This document shows, one piece after another, positions 57,961-64,000 of a stretch of 64,000 nucleotides of DNA (positions are counted from its first letter, which is position 1; every line of letters begins with the position of its first letter). The stretch spans positions 14,721-78,720 of the forward strand of contig JAZDJQ010000014.1 of NCBI GenBank assembly GCA_043803765.1, written 5' to 3'. The position numbers and the translations under genes are program-made. The DNA is from Candidatus Iainarchaeum sp. (GTDB lineage: Archaea > Iainarchaeota > Iainarchaeia > Iainarchaeales > VGJJ01). The notes beneath the pieces were generated by a model. The model did no database searches and was not told the origin of the DNA. It was given only the letters and a program-made list of their open reading frames with translations.

Positions 57961-58353
57961 TTAGATAACCCCTAGTTTGGCCGCGAGTTCTTCGGCCTTG
58001 TATTTCTTGTTCAATTTCACCGTGACTTTTTTTCTTCCCCGCATATCGTTCACAATATTTATTTTTTCTACTTTAACATTGTATACTTTTTCTACTAGTT
58101 TTTTGATATCGGATTTGGTTGCTTTTTCAGTAGCAATGAAGGATAGTTTGTTCTCTTTTTCAATGAGCGTAATCGCTTTCTCTGTCATGAGGGGGTATTT
58201 TAACAATCCAAAGTCCTCTAATTCGAGGGAGAACGCCTTGGTTTTCTTTGTTTCTGTTTTACTTGTTTTTTCGGGCGCGGCCTCGGATTTCGCTTTTGCC
58301 TTTTCTTCCATTTTGGCTTCCATTACATTGGCCGTCATGGATTTATCTGACAT
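57961..58353 (-). CDS. rpl23: 50S ribosomal protein uL23 with N-terminal extension
   Basis: YPLMTEKA..ENKL.F..ATKSDIK. Confidence 0.95.
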   Translation of the reverse strand: MSDKSMTANVMEAKMEEKAKAKSEAAPEKTSKTETKKTKAFSLELEDFGLLKYPLMTEKAITLIEKENKLSFIATEKATKSDIKKLVEKVYNVKVEKINIVNDMRGRKKVTVKLNKKYKAEELAAKLGVI

Positions 58354-58354
58354 G

Positions 58355-59161
58355 TTATACGGCCCCCTTCTTGGATAGCATTTCAATAGCCCCTTCTGTC
58401 CAAATAGTCAGTCTTCCTGCTACGCTTCCGGGTGCTAAATGTTCGGCATTGAGTGATTGTACTTGTATGATGTCGACTCCTGGAAGATTGCGTGCTGCTT
58501 TGTAGATGGGTTGTGTTCCATTTGTTACAATCAAGAGTGATTTCTTTTTCTTGAATGGTTTTCCCCTGTTTTTGTTTTTCCCGGGGCGTGTTTGTTTGGC
58601 TGATTTGGCATGCAGTACATCGTCTTTTACGTGCAATTTTTCTAATGCGTTCAACACTTTTTTTGTTTTGGATACTTTTTCAAATGTATGATCGACAATG
58701 AGTGGGAATATTTCTTCATCGAATCGGTGTCCTCGTTCCTTTACTAGTTTTTTGTTAATGGATGCGGCGATGGCACTGGCGATGGCTTTTTTTCTTTCTT
58801 TGGTATTGATGCGTTCCTCGGTAATTTGTAGTACTTTGGGTCCGTGGGCTTTAGGTCCTCCTACTGCTTGGGGAATAGAGGCTACTTTTCCATATAGTAT
58901 TCCTCTTCGATTGCGTAAACGGGGCAGGCGTGCTTTTCCAACATTAATGGTGCGGTGCATGGTGGGTTTTCCTCTCACTCCAATGTATTCCGCGGTATTG
59001 TTTCTTCCTGCTCCGGGTTTGTTTCCAAATGGTTGAATGCGGGTGCTTTGAATTGCAAGTACGGCCCTTCGAATAAGGTTTGGGTCATATGCCGTGTGAA
59101 ACACGCTGGGAAGAGTAATGTCTTTGCTCTTCTTTCCATCTATTGAAAAAACGCTGGACAT
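58355..59161 (-). CDS. rpl4: 50S ribosomal protein uL4
   Basis: ARLPR, VGGPKAH, ARNLPGVD, LAPG..GRLTIWT. Confidence 0.97.
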   Translation of the reverse strand: MSSVFSIDGKKSKDITLPSVFHTAYDPNLIRRAVLAIQSTRIQPFGNKPGAGRNNTAEYIGVRGKPTMHRTINVGKARLPRLRNRRGILYGKVASIPQAVGGPKAHGPKVLQITEERINTKERKKAIASAIAASINKKLVKERGHRFDEEIFPLIVDHTFEKVSKTKKVLNALEKLHVKDDVLHAKSAKQTRPGKNKNRGKPFKKKKSLLIVTNGTQPIYKAARNLPGVDIIQVQSLNAEHLAPGSVAGRLTIWTEGAIEMLSKKGAV

Positions 59162-60195
59162 TAGAATTTCACTCCGGTTGTAGAAACATAATCAATATTC
59201 CCTAATTGGTAGTGGCGTGAAGGATTAGGCCGGATACACTCGCGCAATCCCACTAATCGTTTAACGGTACCGGGTACGCTTCCCACAATGATGAGGTATT
59301 CGTTTTGAATAACTCCGTAGTGTTCAAATCCCTGTGCGGGGTTTACTCTGGTTGCATCTTCTCCTACTTTCAAAATGTGTTTGTTGAATTCAGTGCGATT
59401 ATGATACCCTAATTGTCCGGGTCGTGCTACGGAGAATTGTACTGTTTTAGGATTGAGTGGTGAAATGCTTCCTACGGCACGGATGTATTTTGCTTTGGGG
59501 CGAAACGTCTTTACTCCAAACCGTGCGACTACTCCTCCAAATCCAAATCCTCGTGTAACGGCTTTTACATCTATTTCTTGGTTTTCTTTGAATGTTTCTT
59601 TTACTAAGATAGGGTGTCCTAGTTTTTCCTTGGCATACGCAATCTGCTCGTCTACACTTCCTGATAATGCGACCTCTGCCATTTCTGCTTTCTTTTTTCC
59701 AATGTTTGTTTTTTCAGGATGCGTGTGCACGAGAAGACGAATGGAATGCAGTTCTCCTTTTTTGGTTTCAAGCGTTTCGAATGTGAGGGTTGTTTTTTGG
59801 TTTTTAGAATGAGTATTTTTTTTGTGGGTTGATTTTTTCTTAAAAGAAGGAAGTCGTTTCATGGCGGACTTTTCAATCTTGTCCGTTACAATATCTCCCA
59901 ACACATGCATTCCATACGCGTCCTGTGTGTAGGCGCGGATTCCCATAACATGTAATGGGGGGCACTCTACAATAGTGGCGGGAATTTGTTTGTCCATTTT
60001 TTCATGTCGTCCGCCTGAATGCATGCTTTTTGCTATAATGTGAATCATTCCTACTTTGTATCCGTAAAAGTTGAGTGGCTTAACCGGTCCTTCTTTTTTG
60101 GGAAATGAACTAAAAGTGGGAGTAGCCTTCGCTGCCCTTTTTCGTGGGCGGAATGCCAGGCTTCCCTTTCGGGGATTGTGTCGTGCGCGAACCAT
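59161..60195 (-). CDS. rpl3: 50S ribosomal protein uL3
   Basis: PRKGSLAFRPRKRA, GYKVGM, GQLGYHNRTE. Confidence 0.97.
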   Translation of the reverse strand: MVRARHNPRKGSLAFRPRKRAAKATPTFSSFPKKEGPVKPLNFYGYKVGMIHIIAKSMHSGGRHEKMDKQIPATIVECPPLHVMGIRAYTQDAYGMHVLGDIVTDKIEKSAMKRLPSFKKKSTHKKNTHSKNQKTTLTFETLETKKGELHSIRLLVHTHPEKTNIGKKKAEMAEVALSGSVDEQIAYAKEKLGHPILVKETFKENQEIDVKAVTRGFGFGGVVARFGVKTFRPKAKYIRAVGSISPLNPKTVQFSVARPGQLGYHNRTEFNKHILKVGEDATRVNPAQGFEHYGVIQNEYLIIVGSVPGTVKRLVGLRECIRPNPSRHYQLGNIDYVSTTGVKF

Positions 60196-60353
60196 CTTTT
60201 TTCCCTTTTTGTGTGAATGGAAGCGACTGGTGCGCGTCAAAAAAGAGATATATTTTTCTGACGGCATTTACCTTTCGTTGAAAGGCAGTCTGCCACTCTT
60301 AACTACGAATTCCCCAAAGAAACGCATTTAAAGCAACCGCCTAGGCGGGAGCA

Positions 60354-62606
60354 TTACTCTCTTTCGGGGTGCATCCAGGGCTCACCTTCTTCTTTTTCAA
60401 TAATAGAGGAGGGAGAAGAGGTGTTTTTCCCATGGATAATGGCATCGGTAGAAGAAATAGGAGGCTTAGGCTTGAGAATATACCATGCCCCGATTAGGAG
60501 AATAAGAAGGAGGATACCCCCCCATAATCCACTCACCATGGAAACAAAAGCGGCAGCCCCTTGTCCAATAGAATTTTTTGGATGGAATGTAATAGGATAG
60601 GTTCCAGCAGGGTAAGGAGTCCCGCTTAGAGTAATCATTCCAGTGAATGGTTGTGAAAGTACCGTGGACGGTTGGATGGTAAGCGTTATCTTTTTTGTTT
60701 CCCCTGAAGATAATGAGACGTTTGGGTTCCCGGTAATAGTCCATGAAGAAGGAATTACTACTTCTACGATTCCATTAATCGTGTTAGGCGTGTTGTTTTC
60801 TATTGTTACGTCAAGAATGTATTCATTTTGAATGGTTGGAGTAGAACGAATGAGTGGAGAGATAATAATTTCGGGTTGATTGTCCAAAAGATAAATCGTA
60901 TGCGCAACAGTGTATCCTGCACTTGTGAGTTGAATGAGGACGTGGGATTGTCCTTTGATAACTGACGTTGGAAAATAAACGAGTGGAGAATCCAATCCTG
61001 GGATGGTGATTGTTTTCTGATAGGATGTGTTGCCGGGTTTTCCAGTAATGGTAACGACTGCTTCTTGCGTGTAAGCACTCTTGTTTTCAATCGTGAGAGC
61101 GAATTCGGGGGCATTCCCTATGGTTAATTGGGTTGGGGGATTCTTGAATTGAATGGGTGCATCTTCCAATCCTGAAAATAACACGGTGCTTTCACTTTTT
61201 TTGGATGCACAGCCGTCTATTTCTATCGTTAGTGTGAGTGTTTGGGAAGTAGCCGATACATCCGTAAAGTATATTGTCTGCGTTTTTGCTGTTTGAGATG
61301 GAACGTACACAATATTTGGAACTACTTCTCCATGTGTAGTGTGCAGTGTTACTTTGGCAGGCGTTGAAAGTGGATTGTGAATAAGAATATCTTGTTGTGG
61401 GATTCCTTTTAGCACTAATACGGAAGAAAGATTAGTGTAGAATGCATTGCATGTTTCACCTTTGCTTCCTGTGAAATAGAATGGGATTTTTTTTGCACTC
61501 ACAAAACAGGAATTTCCATTCGTAAAATGCCCTTTCATGGAGGCAAATGCATTCCCATCAAATGAGGAAGAATAAGCATACCCCGTTCCTTCAATCAATA
61601 CCTCGTCGCTTTCATTAAATGGGATGAACGCAGGAATAGCAAGCGTGTCAAATTGCACTTGATAGTTGACATCTTTTATTGAAAATTCATCAATATAGAA
61701 ATGATGGGGTGTTTTGTTAGTAATAGCAATCGTTTGCGTGGTGGTGTTTCCCGATGTCACGTATAGCGGAGAGGTATCAATCGCAATGTCGGCGCAAACG
61801 CTTGTTTCGGTTCCTGCGTCTTCTACTGTTACTTCGAATTCGTCATCGATTTCACTAAAGGAACAATCGACTCCGTCTTCAAATTCTCCTCGTATTTCAA
61901 TGAAAACGAAATCCGTTTCATCTTCTGAAACGTTTTGGGCTTTTAGTTCAATGGAGTAATTGCGTGATGTATTTGCTTCCAAATCTTTCTCAAATTGGGA
62001 ATCGCCAAATGATGGGTCAAGAGTGGTGCTAAAAAATGGAGCGTCATCAAAAACATTGAATCCTTGTAGGGTGAAATCCTTGTTGGAATTATTTTTTAGT
62101 GAAATAGAGTGAGTCGTGTTTACTCCTTCCATAATCGAAACATCGTTGGATTGAATCGTAATGAGTGAACAAGCATTCTCTCCGTCTTCAATAACAACAT
62201 CAACGGTGAAAGTGAGTTCGCTGAAATTGCATGTTTCATCATCAAAATTTCCTTTGATGCGTATTTGGAATGTGTCCTCTTCGTCGTCTGCTATGTCCAT
62301 CGTATCGTATTCGAGGCGGATAATCTCCGAGTCGTCTTTTTCTATATCGTTAGGAAAATCCTCTACTGAAATGTCAAAGAAGGGTGAACTCTCATCTACC
62401 TGCACATCGTCTATCTCAAATGTTTCATTGGATTCGTTTTCAATATATATTGAAAACGGTTTCCCGTCTTTTCCTTCTTGAAATGTTACATCAAGGGGAG
62501 ATAATTCAATGTCATTGCATAGGGCAGAAGCATGCACAATACTAGGAATTCCTGCAAATAGGATGAGTAAAACAGGAACCAATATCCCAATATGAGGAGA
62601 AGGCAT
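60354..62606 (-). CDS. Large membrane-anchored surface protein with tandem Ig-like domains
   Basis: Signal peptide, repeated ~110-120-aa beta domains each with a Cys pair, C-terminal TM helix. Confidence 0.8.
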   Translation of the reverse strand: MPSPHIGILVPVLLILFAGIPSIVHASALCNDIELSPLDVTFQEGKDGKPFSIYIENESNETFEIDDVQVDESSPFFDISVEDFPNDIEKDDSEIIRLEYDTMDIADDEEDTFQIRIKGNFDDETCNFSELTFTVDVVIEDGENACSLITIQSNDVSIMEGVNTTHSISLKNNSNKDFTLQGFNVFDDAPFFSTTLDPSFGDSQFEKDLEANTSRNYSIELKAQNVSEDETDFVFIEIRGEFEDGVDCSFSEIDDEFEVTVEDAGTETSVCADIAIDTSPLYVTSGNTTTQTIAITNKTPHHFYIDEFSIKDVNYQVQFDTLAIPAFIPFNESDEVLIEGTGYAYSSSFDGNAFASMKGHFTNGNSCFVSAKKIPFYFTGSKGETCNAFYTNLSSVLVLKGIPQQDILIHNPLSTPAKVTLHTTHGEVVPNIVYVPSQTAKTQTIYFTDVSATSQTLTLTIEIDGCASKKSESTVLFSGLEDAPIQFKNPPTQLTIGNAPEFALTIENKSAYTQEAVVTITGKPGNTSYQKTITIPGLDSPLVYFPTSVIKGQSHVLIQLTSAGYTVAHTIYLLDNQPEIIISPLIRSTPTIQNEYILDVTIENNTPNTINGIVEVVIPSSWTITGNPNVSLSSGETKKITLTIQPSTVLSQPFTGMITLSGTPYPAGTYPITFHPKNSIGQGAAAFVSMVSGLWGGILLLILLIGAWYILKPKPPISSTDAIIHGKNTSSPSSIIEKEEGEPWMHPERE

Positions 62607-62661
62607 ACTATACTATCATCCGCACCCCCTTTAAAAAGAATTACTTATGCACGTTAATCAG

Positions 62662-63831
62662 TTAATCTTCATCCCCTTCTTCTTCTATCATTTCCTTCAA
62701 TCGTCGTAAAATAGCCTTTTTTGGGTCTTCTTCTCCTTGTTGGGGGGGTATTTCTTCATTGGATAATGGGGCTGATTGGGAGGCAGAGTACTTTTTCTCT
62801 GATTGTGTGATTTGAGACTCTTGTTTCTTAAGGTGAGCACGTAACGCATTCATATCCCCTTGGTCTATTTTTTCTTCCCCTAGTTGAGCGTGTTCTTTTT
62901 CTTTTCTTTCTAGATAGGCGAGTTCAGATGGAGATAATCCCTGCACCTCTTCGAATGGAAGCTGTTTAATTGCTTCTTCCTCTGTTAATTCTTCTTGTAC
63001 TCCTTTGGATGAATATTCTTCTTTCTCTTGTATGTTGTGAGGATAGGTTAATTCGTCTGCTCGTACTTCTCCTGAAACGGGGCGGGTTGATTTAACAGGA
63101 CGAGAAGTAGAAGGACGTGCTACTGGTGTCATGCTTGAATAAGATGGAGTGGTAGAAGAAACAGGTTTTGATATAGCAGGAGTTGAAGGAATTGGGTTTT
63201 CTTTTTTTGGAATTTGCCGTGCCACCCATGGTGGCATGTAGGGAGTGCGTTCTAGTGAAGGAGGGGCAGAAGATACTTTTTCCATTGATTGGGTGATGGG
63301 GGAAATAGGTTTGAATGCACGAATACTTCTTTCATTAGAAGGGATGTTTCCAATGGACGGAATGTCTTCGTAGGGCATTTTTTCTTGAATGGTGTTGGAT
63401 GAACGGTTATCTATGGGAGATGGTTTTTTTTCACGCGATGGGAAAATTGTTTGGGGTGGGAGGGATTCTTTCCATGCAGCGGCATGAGGAAAAGTGGGCA
63501 GGGGTGGGAGAGAGGTAGACTCTTGACGTATCGTTTGTTTTTTTGTTGGAGGAGAAAAAACGGGTTGTTTTTCCTTCTCACGCATTATTTCATCTAATTG
63601 TTGTCGCACGGCATCTTTAGCTTGCGGACTCACGGAAGTAGAGCTTGTGCTTTGCAGTAGAGATTTTGGAACATCTTTTTTTCCAAATAACGCACCACGT
63701 ATGTTTTTGACAAAAGTGGGGGCTAAATCATCCCTTGGAATTTCTCCCAGTTCTTGTTTCTTTTTCCGTGCAAGGAGATAAGCATTGATTTCATCTACTT
63801 CTTCAGGGAGAGCCATTCCTCCTTCATCCAA
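62662..63831 (-). CDS. Pro/Ser-rich intrinsically disordered protein
   Basis: 389-aa low-complexity ORF; alternative ATG at 63816. Confidence 0.7.
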   Translation of the reverse strand: MDEGGMALPEEVDEINAYLLARKKKQELGEIPRDDLAPTFVKNIRGALFGKKDVPKSLLQSTSSTSVSPQAKDAVRQQLDEIMREKEKQPVFSPPTKKQTIRQESTSLPPLPTFPHAAAWKESLPPQTIFPSREKKPSPIDNRSSNTIQEKMPYEDIPSIGNIPSNERSIRAFKPISPITQSMEKVSSAPPSLERTPYMPPWVARQIPKKENPIPSTPAISKPVSSTTPSYSSMTPVARPSTSRPVKSTRPVSGEVRADELTYPHNIQEKEEYSSKGVQEELTEEEAIKQLPFEEVQGLSPSELAYLERKEKEHAQLGEEKIDQGDMNALRAHLKKQESQITQSEKKYSASQSAPLSNEEIPPQQGEEDPKKAILRRLKEMIEEEGDED

Positions 63832-63877
63832 GTCGAGAATAAAAAAACCGCGTATTTACAGGACTCTGGGACATAAT

Positions 63878-64000
63878 TCAGCCTGCCATGTGGTTGGCTG
63901 AGTAGTTGTGTAGGGTGGCTCTTGTGAGTGCGGTGGTGATGATTCTTTGGGTTATTTTTTGTGGTATTTTTCCGAATTTTCTTTTGTCTTTTGAGAAGTT
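63878..64000 (-). CDS. C-terminal part of an unidentified ORF entering from the right edge
   Basis: Open frame NFSKDKRK...NHMAG* from the window end. Confidence 0.35.
   Translation of the reverse strand, partial: NFSKDKRKFGKIPQKITQRIITTALTRATLHNYSANHMAG

Noticed and set aside
40454-60331. Numerous plus-strand ORFs antisense to ribosomal genes
   Set aside because: Shadow frames of well-supported minus-strand genes, with no motifs.

Overview
Archaeal chromosome segment. Archaeal-type r-proteins, Rpo3/Rpo10, aIF1, Rpp29, PolB, TATA boxes and intron-less tRNAs without encoded CCA are all present; gene content suggests a DPANN lineage such as Iainarchaeota/Diapherotrites (inference). 1-18.8 kb is an integrative element at the 3' end of tRNA-Met(CAT), with its far end outside the window. 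It carries a tyrosine integrase, a divergent wHTH/RHH switch, a replication ATPase and a terS-like ORF. Its cargo is a type III R-M system, a PIN+HEPN pair, tandem Holliday-resolvase-like nucleases, a decayed PIN toxin-antitoxin (TA) pair and surface proteins. 18.9-28 kb is a tRNA-rich accessory zone. It holds a degenerate RpiA, an unannotated operon of two protamine/H1-like micropeptides, and hisS flanked by tRNA-Thr and an atypical tRNA-His. Each of those two tRNAs is followed by ~1 kb TA/Fic cassettes delimited by copies of its own 3' end. A LAGLIDADG gene here ends inside tRNA-Arg. 28-40 kb is housekeeping (map, polB, HAD, purF). 40-60 kb is an almost uninterrupted S10-spc-alpha-L13 ribosomal superoperon, and 60-64 kb holds a multi-Ig surface protein and a disordered protein. 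All calls come from reading motifs by eye; no searches were run.
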